DNA of 40,587 nucleotides from positions 1 through 40,587 of the IMG/VR virus record IMGVR_UViG_2563366988_000007. One strand, written 5' to 3'. The notes under the pieces were generated by a model. The model ran no database searches. It saw only the letters and a program-made list of their open reading frames with translations, and had not been told where the DNA came from. Numbering within the stretch: position 1 is the stretch's first letter; every line of letters starts with the position of its first letter. Source of the stretch: a virus. Its lineage: Duplodnaviria > Heunggongvirae > Uroviricota > Caudoviricetes. Positions 19,432-28,681 of the stretch are shown one piece after another. Both the position numbers and the translations under genes were made by a program.

Positions 19432-20039
19432 CAGGACAACCTCGCAATGGTAAACTCGTCAACCGGTGGCAGTGGTTCCTGTGATTCATTCTGGCTATGC
19501 GAGCCAGCACTAAGAATCACGCGATTGTACATATTGAGGGCAAACGTACCGAGGTCTGCATTCCCAGTCAGCGCCATGTTAATAGCTGCAGCAAGACGCC
19601 AGGCCAACGCCTCCATAAAAATGGCATCAAACATGTTCACATCTGAAACGCGAGAGACATACTTGAGCCATGCCTGCGGCTGGTCTGTGTAGATCAACTT
19701 TCCTGTTCCGTTGGTGTCTGCACCAACTTCGTACTGAACGCGCATTGCTGCTGTTGGATTGCGTACACCAGGAAGCATAATTTCAGTAATGCGCAGACAA
19801 TCGGACGGGTACTGGTACGCATATTCCCAGTCAGGCGGTGGATTGTTCGTATCTGCAAGCGCCACGCGTTTGGTAGCAAAGTTCCAGTCAAAATCAGAAA
19901 GCACAGCATCACGGCAGGCCTCAAAGTGCAGCGAACATTCCCCTGCTTCCTTGCTGGCTTCCGTCAGGCTGTTAATGCTGCGGCTGTTGCCAATATTGGA
20001 CAGCGCACGATTACAGATCTCTACTACAGAGGCCATCAC
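19431..20039 (-). CDS. Tail tubular protein A-like (adapter)
   Basis: 202-aa ORF immediately upstream of 823-aa gene. Confidence 0.45.
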   Translation of the reverse strand: MMASVVEICNRALSNIGNSRSINSLTEASKEAGECSLHFEACRDAVLSDFDWNFATKRVALADTNNPPPDWEYAYQYPSDCLRITEIMLPGVRNPTAAMRVQYEVGADTNGTGKLIYTDQPQAWLKYVSRVSDVNMFDAIFMEALAWRLAAAINMALTGNADLGTFALNMYNRVILSAGSHSQNESQEPLPPVDEFTIARLS

Positions 20040-20365
20040 TCACCCCCGTTACCGTAGAGGGTTTCAGCCGCTGATTTTTCTACATCACCGGAAACAGGAG
20101 CGATTGCCATATCAGTGATCTGCAGATCGGCGCTGCGATTAACACCATCGTCAGTTTCTCTGGCAGACAGGCCTCGAATAACAGCCTTTGCAGTTATCAT
20201 CACTTCTGTTCCGACGCCCTGAGGTTGCGCCTTCAGCTTATTCAATGTGTCGTTATTAAGAGTGATGCACAGCCCCCACGGGTATTCATCGCGAGTTCTG
20301 GTTTCTCCGCTCTCATCCTGGTAGCTGTCAGTGCCGGTTTTGAGGTTTACGAGTTCCATATACAC
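20036..20365 (-). CDS. Head-tail connector/neck protein candidate
   Basis: 109-aa ORF between capsid and tail genes. Confidence 0.4.
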   Translation of the reverse strand: MYMELVNLKTGTDSYQDESGETRTRDEYPWGLCITLNNDTLNKLKAQPQGVGTEVMITAKAVIRGLSARETDDGVNRSADLQITDMAIAPVSGDVEKSAAETLYGNGGE

Positions 20366-20379
20366 TCCTGCAATAAAGG

Positions 20380-20397
20380 GGCCGAAGCCCCTTGTCG
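20380..20397 (-). terminator. Hairpin (aggggc-ttcg-gcccct) with T-rich tail on minus strand; possible partial terminator after capsid-proximal genes
   Basis: Read directly; lies in 44-bp gap between 20410 and 20365. Confidence 0.3.
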
Positions 20398-20409
20398 GAT
20401 TCGCGAGGC

Positions 20410-20754
20410 TTACACGCCCAGTTCTTTACGCTTATCTGCGATCTTCTCGCGGAGCGTTTCGGCTTTAGCGTTATGGTGTGGCTTCTCGTTAAAGAGCAAT
20501 TCGTACTCTTCACGGAGCTTATCCAGTTCACCATCATCTGACACATCATTGATGATTTTGGTGCTGGTTGCTGCCATTGACACCTTTCCTGCAACTTTTG
20601 CTTTTGCCTGTCTGGCTGCATCGTTAACAGGTTCCAGTGCGCTACCAGGCTCACCTTCGTATTCGATTTCTGCCCCCTCCGGCCACAGAGTGTTATGGAT
20701 ATGAGAGAGGCGCAGAACGAGGTATCTTGGTTTCTCACCTGACATCGATATCAC
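20410..20754 (-). CDS. Small head protein (decoration/connector candidate)
   Basis: 114-aa ORF downstream of capsid gene; chosen over overlapping 20328-20738 ORF. Confidence 0.4.
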   Translation of the reverse strand: MISMSGEKPRYLVLRLSHIHNTLWPEGAEIEYEGEPGSALEPVNDAARQAKAKVAGKVSMAATSTKIINDVSDDGELDKLREEYELLFNEKPHHNAKAETLREKIADKRKELGV

Positions 20755-20755
20755 C

Positions 20756-21193
20756 TTAACCAGTTACTTTTGAGCGGATCGGATACGGCGTATTGGCATC
20801 AACATCAAGACTGATACCAGCAGTGAATTCGCCAGCCGTTAGTGGGCCAGTTGCGACGGAGTAGTTAACACGCAGATATCGCTGAACACCGGCAGGCACC
20901 TTTGCAGAAACAACTCGTTTACCTGCTGTCAGGGCGGTCTTTGCCAGTGCGCCACTATCATAAATAGTGGTCCATGAGCTGTTATTTTCACTCGTCTGCA
21001 ACTGGATGTTTACAGTTGCATCACCACTTGCCGTGGCGGCTGTGTTAACCAGCGCCCAAAACTCAAGCGGGTAACCAACGCCGATATCACGACGTTTTCC
21101 GTCAATTGGACCGAGATCGATTACGTCAGTAGAAGCCGCGGTATCAGTTACCGCCTGTGCTTCGGAGAACATCAACAGTTTGTCGGTGATCAT
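20756..21193 (-). CDS. Capsid-associated protein
   Basis: 145-aa ORF immediately after major capsid gene. Confidence 0.45.
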   Translation of the reverse strand: MITDKLLMFSEAQAVTDTAASTDVIDLGPIDGKRRDIGVGYPLEFWALVNTAATASGDATVNIQLQTSENNSSWTTIYDSGALAKTALTAGKRVVSAKVPAGVQRYLRVNYSVATGPLTAGEFTAGISLDVDANTPYPIRSKVTG

Positions 21194-21244
21194 CTTCTTT
21201 CTCCATTAGTGGGTCTGTTACGACCCACAGGTTAATAACAGGCG

Positions 21245-22237
21245 TTACACCACGCGGGCTTCTGTTTCCAGAAGCGCATCAGTTTCACGGATTGGTACAC
21301 CACGGAATGAAGTCCACCACTCGCCTTCTGTCTCTTTTACGCTGATAGCCAGAGATGTTTTCTCCAGAGACTGCAGATCAAGAGCCTGGCCTACAGTGCG
21401 GTTCATGTAGAACACCGGGCGGCCCATGCCACGGTTTGGAATGCGATGTAGTGCTTTAACCATCAACTTCGCAATATTTGCGGCAGAGGATGGTTCTGAA
21501 AGATTGCTGACATCGATGTTTGCAATGCGAACAACATAACGCCAGTCACGCAGAGCAAGTCCGTTGTCCCATTTGTAATGGGTACGGTAGCCTTCGTACT
21601 TGCCGCCATTAGCATCTTCCAGTGTCACCTGGCCTTTATCTTCCATCTGGATGCCAGCCTTCTGCCCTTTCGGGAAGATGCCATGCACGGTGTTTTCGCC
21701 CCACACCACTAACCAGATTGAGGTGTTATCTGTACCCGTGCCACCAGCATCAATGATGTTCTGAGCATTACCCGCAGACAGGCTGGAATAGCGGGAGGAC
21801 AGTCCCATAAACTGCTGAGGGTTAACGCTGGAATCACCATAAAACAGCGTCTGCGCCATCTGCTGATTCATCGCTTCAATAAATGCGCGGTCTTCAGACA
21901 GGCGGAATTCGGCGGTATTGCCGTTCAGATCAGCCAGTGACTTATCGACTTCCGCATAGGTTTCCAGCATGCCAACGGAATCGGTTACCTGCACTGTGGT
22001 TGATTTGCTTGGCTGTACGCCATAGTTCAGCAAACGCCAGGTAGCTGAAGGTAAACCAGAACGAATGGTGGTTCGGTGTCCGGTAGGAAGGTTCCCTTCG
22101 ACAAAAGGCATATCCTGAAGGATCGGGTTAGTTTGACCGAGAAGCTCGATAATCTTATCGACTTTCCCGTTTGGATCGACGCGCTTACCCCAGTCAGCCA
22201 GCGTCAGCGCAGTTAAGCCTTTAACAGCCATTGTCAT
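21245..22237 (-). CDS. Major capsid protein
   Basis: 330-aa ORF after scaffold, typical size and position. Confidence 0.75.
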   Translation of the reverse strand: MTMAVKGLTALTLADWGKRVDPNGKVDKIIELLGQTNPILQDMPFVEGNLPTGHRTTIRSGLPSATWRLLNYGVQPSKSTTVQVTDSVGMLETYAEVDKSLADLNGNTAEFRLSEDRAFIEAMNQQMAQTLFYGDSSVNPQQFMGLSSRYSSLSAGNAQNIIDAGGTGTDNTSIWLVVWGENTVHGIFPKGQKAGIQMEDKGQVTLEDANGGKYEGYRTHYKWDNGLALRDWRYVVRIANIDVSNLSEPSSAANIAKLMVKALHRIPNRGMGRPVFYMNRTVGQALDLQSLEKTSLAISVKETEGEWWTSFRGVPIRETDALLETEARVV

Positions 22238-22245
22238 TTCCTCTC

Positions 22246-22947
22246 TTATTTGCCATAGAGCACTTCGGCCGCACTACGCTGGCCTTCATTACCACCGGTG
22301 ACCATGCCATCTTCAGACATCGCCTTTCCGATTTTCACGAACGTTTTGACCAGATCAGGGTGATTACCCAGCCCGGTGGTGTTCAGATATTCTTTGAGTT
22401 CAGGTGTCCCGAACTGGTCAAGCGCACGCTGTGCGGCGCTAAGGTTAGAAATCAACTTGTCGCCACCGATTTCTTTGTCGGCTTTTACATCCGCAGCCCA
22501 CTGCTCGGTTGTTTTCTGCCAGGCTTCTGCCTGGCGCTGCTGAACACCTGCCAGAATCTTCGGATAAGCATCAACCAGCTTTTGCGCTTGCTCGTTGGTC
22601 AGGTTTAGTTCTCGCGCCACCGGCTCGAATTCCTTCAACGCTTCTGTATCCAGCTCTACGCCTTCGGCAGCCTGAAACTCGTACTTTTCAGGCGCACCCT
22701 CTGGTTTATCGCCGTCCTTTTTTTCATCCTGCTTATCGTTTTCAGGCTTTTTGTCATCAGCAGGTTTATCGCCATCAGCAACAGGTTGTGGCTTATCACC
22801 TTCCTGTTGTGATGGATCACCAACTGGAGCAGGGTTATCACCTGCAGGCGCTGACGGTTCTGACGCAGCCGGAGCTGCTCCACCATCGACTGGTTGCTCA
22901 TTGCAAATACGGCGATACAGCAAACGCTCAAATAAATTCATGATCAC
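22246..22947 (-). CDS. Scaffolding protein
   Basis: 233 aa, acidic, Pro/Ala/Glu-rich low-complexity middle, helical C-terminus, between portal and capsid. Confidence 0.5.
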   Translation of the reverse strand: MIMNLFERLLYRRICNEQPVDGGAAPAASEPSAPAGDNPAPVGDPSQQEGDKPQPVADGDKPADDKKPENDKQDEKKDGDKPEGAPEKYEFQAAEGVELDTEALKEFEPVARELNLTNEQAQKLVDAYPKILAGVQQRQAEAWQKTTEQWAADVKADKEIGGDKLISNLSAAQRALDQFGTPELKEYLNTTGLGNHPDLVKTFVKIGKAMSEDGMVTGGNEGQRSAAEVLYGK

Positions 22948-23240
22948 TCCTGTTCACTGGCCTCTTTGGCCATCTTCAAATACTGTTCAGGGCAATGCGC
23001 CATAACGCGCTGAAACAGTTCCAGCGCCAGATTGCGTTGCCCCTCATTAAATGCCATTGCCATAGCGTCCATCGGTGAGATAGCGGAAAACACACGGCCT
23101 TTCTCCAGCACCGACCAGACAACGCGACGCCCCTGTTCACTGCTCATGACAAAGCGAATGTCATCAATTTCACGCTGCGCCATGTCACGTTGCTTACGGG
23201 CGTTTTCTTCTTTCAGTTGATCGTCTTCGTAATCTGTCAT
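22944..23240 (-). CDS. Small head-morphogenesis protein
   Basis: 98-aa ORF, overlapping stop/start with portal and scaffold. Confidence 0.45.
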   Translation of the reverse strand: MTDYEDDQLKEENARKQRDMAQREIDDIRFVMSSEQGRRVVWSVLEKGRVFSAISPMDAMAMAFNEGQRNLALELFQRVMAHCPEQYLKMAKEASEQE

Positions 23241-24922
23241 TGTGATTGCCCACCCTGACCACTAACTGCATTCGCCATAGCTGACAAAACACTCGGATCC
23301 GAAGTTTTAGCTTCACTTAGCGTCTTGGCACCCTGTGCCGCCGCCATCCCCATCGCCATCATTTGTTGCTGCTGTTGTTGCTGTGCCCGTTGCTGGCGAG
23401 CCTGCTCAACCTGTTCCTGCGGAACAATGACGGTTGGAGACACTCCGGACATATCAGCGAATGCATCGATCGCCTGATCAACGTTGAGTTTGTCGAGAGC
23501 TTCTGGTTTCGCTTGCGCAAGTTGACCAATGAAGTTGACCGTAGACGCCAGACTGGACAGGCCGATAGACTTCTGCGCCTGAGCCATGACGGAAATGTAT
23601 TCGACCTTCAGGGGCATACCTTCCATCGCGTCAGGCGGTGGCGGCAGCATGTTTTTACGCACCATCATCGAGAAAGCGCGGTCAATGAGAGGATTAAGAC
23701 ATTCGTCGTTCAGACGCTCCAGAACCGGCCCCAACATCAGAAGTTTTTCTTCTTTCATTTCGATCACCGCTTCAACAGGCATCGAGCGGGTATTGATGTT
23801 CTGCAACATCATGAACAGATCGACAAAGTAGGCGCTGTTAATGATTTGACGGGTGTCCTGAATGTCTGCCACCAAATCTGCTGTACTGGGGTTAACCAGA
23901 TAAGCAGGCCTGAAACCATCCTGACCAGTAATCTGATCGATATACGTGATGTCGCCAGGAAGAAGGGAGGCACGCTGATTCTTGAGGGAAGTCGGAGCAA
24001 CCATCGGCGGATTGGTGGCTTTATCAATCAACTGCGACTTGCGCTTCTGGAGAAGCTGCAATGCCTTAACAGGTCCAAGCGCCAGCATACCCGGGCATGA
24101 TGATCCATAAACATCTTCGCCGTTAACTTCCCAGCGCGGAGCCATAATTGGAAACTCATCGAATCCGGACTCACGCAACAACTTGTCGTTATCGCCACCA
24201 ACCTCGTAATAAACCGATTTGAATGGCTTGTTCTTGCTATCCAGCTTCGATGTATCGCGGTCAATGTTCGGGTAAACCGAATGCATCACTTCAATCCACT
24301 TCTCGTAGGTGCCGCTTTCCCACATGCTTTTTACGGATTCGCTGACGTTATTTAGCCCGAACTCCTGAACAAGCTGACGAACAGTCATAGAGAACTTGCG
24401 AAAACAGGTGTCCACACTGCCACGAGGTGAGTTAGCCAGGTAGTAACTGCCTATCGGGAATGGCATTGTGCGAATGATGTCCTCGTCATCCTCCAGCACC
24501 GCCATTGCACCAGTGCTGTATGTGCCGAGGCTTCCGTATAACTGCGGAAGAGACTGGTAGAGATTCGACTTATTGAACATATCGTTCATGCGGTTCTGCA
24601 CCGCCTCGAGCCACAACTTAACAGGACCATAATCCATCATTTCAGGATCTGGCGTAGCCAGGCGAAACCACGGACGCGCAGGGCTTGTGATGCCTGACAT
24701 CATGCCGCTGGCGAGAGTGCGCGCCGCCATAGTCCCGGTCGAATCAATAATGCGTGTATTGCGTCGATCGTTACGGTTGACTTCAGAAGTCAGAAAGCGG
24801 GAACCACGCGGGTTGATGTAATCACTCAACTCGCGCCAGTGCGGCTCGAACGACTGACGCTCGCTTTCAAGTTGTGCGAACTGTTTGTTCAATCGCTCTT
24901 TAGTTGTTTCCGCCATTTCCAT
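23237..24922 (-). CDS. Portal protein
   Basis: 561-aa ORF directly after terminase block; poly-Q C-terminal tail. Confidence 0.75.
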   Translation of the reverse strand: MEMAETTKERLNKQFAQLESERQSFEPHWRELSDYINPRGSRFLTSEVNRNDRRNTRIIDSTGTMAARTLASGMMSGITSPARPWFRLATPDPEMMDYGPVKLWLEAVQNRMNDMFNKSNLYQSLPQLYGSLGTYSTGAMAVLEDDEDIIRTMPFPIGSYYLANSPRGSVDTCFRKFSMTVRQLVQEFGLNNVSESVKSMWESGTYEKWIEVMHSVYPNIDRDTSKLDSKNKPFKSVYYEVGGDNDKLLRESGFDEFPIMAPRWEVNGEDVYGSSCPGMLALGPVKALQLLQKRKSQLIDKATNPPMVAPTSLKNQRASLLPGDITYIDQITGQDGFRPAYLVNPSTADLVADIQDTRQIINSAYFVDLFMMLQNINTRSMPVEAVIEMKEEKLLMLGPVLERLNDECLNPLIDRAFSMMVRKNMLPPPPDAMEGMPLKVEYISVMAQAQKSIGLSSLASTVNFIGQLAQAKPEALDKLNVDQAIDAFADMSGVSPTVIVPQEQVEQARQQRAQQQQQQQMMAMGMAAAQGAKTLSEAKTSDPSVLSAMANAVSGQGGQSQ

Positions 24923-24930
24923 GACTCCGG

Positions 24931-25137
24931 TTACTGACCAAGCAGCGTTTTACCGCTGGTATTAGCGGTTGATGTGTCGCCCTGAGAACCGGTAAGCAGC
25001 GTAGAACTACGACCAGCAGCAGCGCGACGGCGACGTGTTTCTTCGTCGCGGGCATCAACAACGGCGGCATCCTGCTCCTGTGGTGCTGCCTGAACTTCTG
25101 GTGTTGCAGGCACTGATGGTGAGCTACCCATGCACAT
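24931..25137 (-). CDS. Possible small low-complexity protein upstream of portal
   Basis: 68-aa ORF, weak SD, Ala/Thr/Ser-rich; could be non-coding. Confidence 0.25.
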   Translation of the reverse strand: MCMGSSPSVPATPEVQAAPQEQDAAVVDARDEETRRRRAAAGRSSTLLTGSQGDTSTANTSGKTLLGQ

Positions 25138-25227
25138 ATCAATGACTCCGTACGCAATTAAATTATTACCAATTTAACCACATATGATTTATTTATCGTA
25201 GAAGGTTGACATTTAACGCGTTAATTA

Positions 25228-25242
25228 TTACCTTTCAGGTAA
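25228..25242. promoter_or_regulatory. Operator-like palindrome TTACC-N5-GGTAA (ttacctttcaggtaa) preceded by TTGACA
   Basis: Identical to 6618 site; TTGACA at 25206-25211. Confidence 0.5.
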
Positions 25243-25564
25243 CCAAAGGGCTCATTCTGGTTACTAACCTGACTGGCTTGTCGTTAAATTAAACAGGTGG
25301 AGTGAGCTTTTATTTTGAGCAGTACGGCGTATGGCACATGCGCCGATAGCGGTCTGGATACGTTTAAGGGGCACCCTCCCTTGCTCGGGCAAACGAACCA
25401 GGTAGCCGGAATGTGCAAGTCGAGCGGTTTTATTCCGCGCACGGGGATTCACCATCCCGGCGATTCGATGTGACGCCTCGGAAGAGACGAGGGTACAACG
25501 ATGAGAGCATTTATGGAGCCGCGACAAAGTGTGGCGCCTTAACAGGCTAAGTGCTCTCAGCGTT

Positions 25565-25641
25565 GTGGCATTAGCTCAGTTGGACAGAGCAACCGCCTTC
25601 TAAGCGGTTGGTCGCAGGTTCGAATCCTGCATGCCACGCCA
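25565..25641 (+). tRNA. tRNA-Arg, anticodon UCU
   Basis: Cloverleaf folded by hand: acceptor GTGGCAT/ATGCCAC, D-arm GCTC/GAGC, anticodon stem ACCGC/GCGGT with loop CTTCTAA, T-arm GCAGG-TTCGAAT-CCTGC, discriminator G, encoded CCA. Confidence 0.85.
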
Positions 25642-25684
25642 GAATCACGCCTAAGGACCGTGATGCCAGAAGTTCCAGGTGCTT

Positions 25685-25727
25685 GGCGGTGATAGTTTCC
25701 CTTGAAGGACTATCACCGCCCTTTTTA
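25685..25727 (+). terminator. Intrinsic terminator downstream of tRNA (12-bp stem ggcggtgatagt/actatcaccgcc plus T-tract)
   Basis: Read directly. Confidence 0.5.
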
Positions 25728-25804
25728 CAGCAGGACGCCATTGCGATGACTTCATGCTGTAAACCCGTACAGCCACGGAAGGCATAACTCATTGCTTCCA
25801 GTTC

Positions 25805-25828
25805 GCCCGGTTCGCCGGGCATTTTTTT
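25805..25828 (+). terminator. Hairpin with UUCG tetraloop (gcccgg-ttcg-ccgggc) followed by T7
   Basis: Read directly; abuts SD of gp49-like gene. Confidence 0.4.
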
Positions 25829-25839
25829 AAGGTGAGATT

Positions 25840-26214
25840 ATGAACGACCAGCAAATCGAAAAAGAAATCGTTGAGAAAGGCAAAACCGCTCCGCGTGTAA
25901 CACCCGAGAAAATTGAAGGCCTCATTTGCAGTGAGCATTTTTTCACTGCTGCGCAGGGTGACCACCAGGCTAAAGAAGATGACCTTATTTATAATCCGGA
26001 GCCTTATGTCGAAGCCACCCCTGATGCTCTGCACCTTCTCACTTTCTGCGTATTGGTACTGAAGAATGGCTTCACCGTTACCGGAGAGAGTGCCTGTGCA
26101 AGCCCGGAAAACTTTGATGCAGAAATTGGTCGGAAGATTGCCCGGCAGAATGCTGTAAACAAAATCTGGATGCTCGAAGGTTACTTGCTGAAGCAGAAGT
26201 TAAGCGAGCAATAA
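25840..26214 (+). CDS. Gp49-like phage protein (N4 gp49 / Sf6 gp66 family), moron
   Basis: Motifs LICSEHFF, GFTVTGESACASPENFD, IGRKIARQNA; SD aaggtgag. Confidence 0.55.
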   Translation: MNDQQIEKEIVEKGKTAPRVTPEKIEGLICSEHFFTAAQGDHQAKEDDLIYNPEPYVEATPDALHLLTFCVLVLKNGFTVTGESACASPENFDAEIGRKIARQNAVNKIWMLEGYLLKQKLSEQ

Positions 26215-26218
26215 CACC

Positions 26219-26230
26219 GTGACATGTCAC
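26219..26230. repeat. 12-bp perfect palindrome GTGACATGTCAC (copy 2 of 3)
   Basis: Exact; flanked by AACACC as at copy 3. Confidence 0.6.
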
Positions 26231-26232
26231 AA

Positions 26233-26262
26233 ACAGCCAGCCGATGAGCTGGCTTTGTTTTA
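26233..26262 (+). terminator. Intrinsic terminator (cagccagc-cgatga-gctggct plus ttgtttt)
   Basis: Read directly after gp49-like gene. Confidence 0.45.
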
Positions 26263-26304
26263 TCCTCACCAGAGGATATCAGCAGTATTATCCCCACCAG
26301 CGGA

Positions 26305-27780
26305 TTAAGCATAAGGGTCATAATCCGTTATGGCCCTTCCCTGCTGGCTTTGCTGTCCAGGTATATTTATGCGTTTCGAGACCGGGAAAGCAAACGTCAG
26401 CAGTAGCGCATCGCCTTTACCAGGAGAACGCCCAAGTCGCTCTTTGATATCTTCCTTCGGTTCGATAACGATTTTACCGTCCACTCGAACTTTGTACTCT
26501 GCCGCCGACAGGTCGTCTGCTGTTTCCTGGTCATCCAGCATGCCGCCCAGCCTCAGCCATGTCTTGCATGAATTGAACATCTCCCCACGCTTGTTGAGCA
26601 TCTGCGGGTCAGTAGACGCGCCACCGAACGGAACAAGTTGCCATGTACGACCCCAGCCGTCACCGATTGACTTCAAACCGGTTCCGTAACCGAAGTCGAT
26701 GAACACCGCGTCAGCCTGATACTGGTCTTCAAAGTCAGCGATACGCTTCGCCATAATCAGATCGTCGGTAGTCTTGTTGCCAGTCCACAGCACCTTACTG
26801 TGTAGCCCCTGCCGCAGGTATATCACAGCGTCATCAACGCCGGAGTATGCCGGGTCAACGCCGATTATCACCGGAGCATGTGCAACCTGCGCAGCGGTTA
26901 CCACCCGTTTCATTGCCTCGTCAGTAAGACCGGTAGGGATAAACTGCAATTCAGATGCATCAGGGAATATGCCACGCACACGGATTTTAACGAAGTCGCT
27001 GTCTTCCCCGTAGTCATCAACCCATTTCTGCAACTGCTGTTTGTTAGTGCCTTCCACCGTCCGGCTGTCAATCTGCGCAGTTTTCCAGCGGTGTTTATAT
27101 TTGCGGAAACATTCGCGAAAACGCCCGGTGTTACGTGTAGGGTTTCCGAACGCCACCCAGATAATCTCAGTGTCTTCGTCCGTAAGCGCACCCTCGGCAA
27201 CTTCCCACACCAGATCCGCAATGTTCGACGCTTCATCAAACACCACGATGATGCGTTTGCGCTCGTTGTGTAGTCCGGCGAATGCCTCGGTGTTGTGCTC
27301 AGACCAGGGTATTGCGTCAGCCCGCCACCGCTTGTCGTGCCCTAGGTCATTGCTGTACATCGCGGTAGCGGTACAGGTAAACCAGTCTTTCGTGATAGCA
27401 AGGTTCGACCACTTGATAATTTCCGGCCAGGTCTTCGTTCGTAGCTGGTTGTCGGTGTTGGCGGTCACCACGACCTTACAATCCTCGCAAGTGGACATGC
27501 CCCAGTTGATCAGCATTGAGATGAATGCGGATTTACCAATACCGTGACCAGAAGCGCGTGCCAGCATAAGCGGCTGATAGCGCGTCTCTGGATTCTGCAG
27601 GTGATCACGTATCTCTCGGAACGCATCAGCCTGCCACTGACGTGGGCCGGTGGCATGTGCCAGTTCAGTCCCCTCTTCCCCCCATGGGAACGCATAGAGG
27701 GCATAGCCAAGCGGATCGTGAGTGAACCCTGCAATATCCTCGATTAACTGCTCTTCAGGAGATAACGCTGTATCTGTCAC
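26305..27780 (-). CDS. Terminase large subunit
   Basis: Walker A-like ASGHGIGKS, ATPase plus C-terminal nuclease layout, 491 aa. Confidence 0.85.
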   Translation of the reverse strand: MTDTALSPEEQLIEDIAGFTHDPLGYALYAFPWGEEGTELAHATGPRQWQADAFREIRDHLQNPETRYQPLMLARASGHGIGKSAFISMLINWGMSTCEDCKVVVTANTDNQLRTKTWPEIIKWSNLAITKDWFTCTATAMYSNDLGHDKRWRADAIPWSEHNTEAFAGLHNERKRIIVVFDEASNIADLVWEVAEGALTDEDTEIIWVAFGNPTRNTGRFRECFRKYKHRWKTAQIDSRTVEGTNKQQLQKWVDDYGEDSDFVKIRVRGIFPDASELQFIPTGLTDEAMKRVVTAAQVAHAPVIIGVDPAYSGVDDAVIYLRQGLHSKVLWTGNKTTDDLIMAKRIADFEDQYQADAVFIDFGYGTGLKSIGDGWGRTWQLVPFGGASTDPQMLNKRGEMFNSCKTWLRLGGMLDDQETADDLSAAEYKVRVDGKIVIEPKEDIKERLGRSPGKGDALLLTFAFPVSKRINIPGQQSQQGRAITDYDPYA

Positions 27781-28373
27781 TGATTGCCATCCTGACGTTC
27801 TTTCAGTCTCTTCCTGGCTGCCGCTATGCGATCAGCAATTGTCACATTCACATTAACATCCAGGCGTTCTTTGAATGCGTTGACGTCGACGTGCTTACCA
27901 ATCAGTTCGAGGTTCTTCACCTTGTCAGGCCATTTAATTTTTTTGAGGATTGTCTCTATCGAATCCTCGTTCATGTTCATGATGGTCGATGACAGATCAA
28001 AGCCACTAAGCGTAGTGCGCCAGATTTTCGGCCACTCGCGGATTGGCTTAAGGCTCCCATCGTCGTTGAGGATGTCGATCACGTCCATCTGGTCGATCTC
28101 CACCAGGCGCATGAGAACGTAATCAGCACTGACGCGCATTCGTTTGTTGCGCTCTTCCATCAGCTCGGCAATCCGTTTTTGAATGCGTTCATCGCGCATC
28201 ATGAGACTGGCTTTAACTGCCGCTGTATTTGGGGAGAATCCTGCGTTAATCGCAGCCTGAGTCTGGTTTTCAGGCGTTTGGATGTATGACTGGCAATAAG
28301 CCTCCTGCATTGCTGTTAGTGGCTTAAATTGCGTTGATTTGCGTTTATAGGTTTTAGGTTCAGCAGGCATCAT
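27777..28373 (-). CDS. Terminase small subunit (start chosen at MMPAEP; ORF extends to 28451)
   Basis: HTH-like motif TQAAINAGFSPNTA typical of small terminases; overlaps TerL start. Confidence 0.65.
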   Translation of the reverse strand: MMPAEPKTYKRKSTQFKPLTAMQEAYCQSYIQTPENQTQAAINAGFSPNTAAVKASLMMRDERIQKRIAELMEERNKRMRVSADYVLMRLVEIDQMDVIDILNDDGSLKPIREWPKIWRTTLSGFDLSSTIMNMNEDSIETILKKIKWPDKVKNLELIGKHVDVNAFKERLDVNVNVTIADRIAAARKRLKERQDGNQ

Positions 28374-28447
28374 AACCACCGTGGTAATAGTTACCGTTGT
28401 GGTAATAGTACCATGCAAAATAAAGCCGCCATAGTTGGCGGCAGTAT

Positions 28448-28660
28448 TCAAAGTCCATCAAATTCATCGTAAAAACTCTCGTCAAGATACCCTTCCCATT
28501 TACCGCGAATGAAAATTACATCCTCGCCGCAAGGGTGCTGACTGTCGATAACTATATCCCTCCTGGCGCAACCATACTTATGCATGAGAAATTTAACCTC
28601 TTTCGGAAAATTTGCTGAGTTATCTCTCATATCTTCAAGGTCGTAGCGTATTTTTGGCAT
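28448..28660 (-). CDS. Hypothetical protein (70 aa from ATG with AGGTG SD; ORF extends to 28681)
   Basis: SD gaaggtg 5 nt upstream of ATG at 28660. Confidence 0.4.
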   Translation of the reverse strand: MPKIRYDLEDMRDNSANFPKEVKFLMHKYGCARRDIVIDSQHPCGEDVIFIRGKWEGYLDESFYDEFDGL

Positions 28661-28669
28661 AACACCTTC

Positions 28670-28681
28670 GTGACATGTCAC
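28670..28681. repeat. 12-bp perfect palindrome GTGACATGTCAC (copy 3 of 3)
   Basis: Exact; immediately 5-prime of SD of 28448-28660 gene. Confidence 0.6.

Noticed and set aside
20328-20738. 136-aa minus-strand ORF overlapping 20410-20754
   Set aside because: Same-strand alternative frame; the 114-aa frame has the more protein-like composition and coupled boundaries.
23363-24100. 245-aa plus-strand ORF
   Set aside because: Antisense to the portal gene with His/Arg-rich odd composition; typical shadow ORF.
25206-25234. Confident sigma70 promoter call upstream of the 25228 palindrome
   Set aside because: TTGACA is clear but no good -10 hexamer at 16-18 bp spacing; activity may depend on the palindrome-binding factor, so only the operator is annotated.
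25264-25527. 87-aa minus-strand ORF upstream of the tRNA
   Set aside because: Lies in GC-rich hairpin-rich leader, Arg/Ser/His-biased composition, no RBS; treated as non-coding.
25565-25641. tRNA as the integration site (attB) of this prophage
   Set aside because: The tRNA is internal, between terminase and portal, far from the integrase and from either prophage end; more consistent with a phage-encoded tRNA.
27777-28451. Long form of the terminase small subunit starting at 28451
   Set aside because: The extra 26 N-terminal residues are Thr/Val-repetitive and atypical; start at MMPAEP gives the usual spacing before the HTH motif. ATGA coupling at 28451 remains possible.
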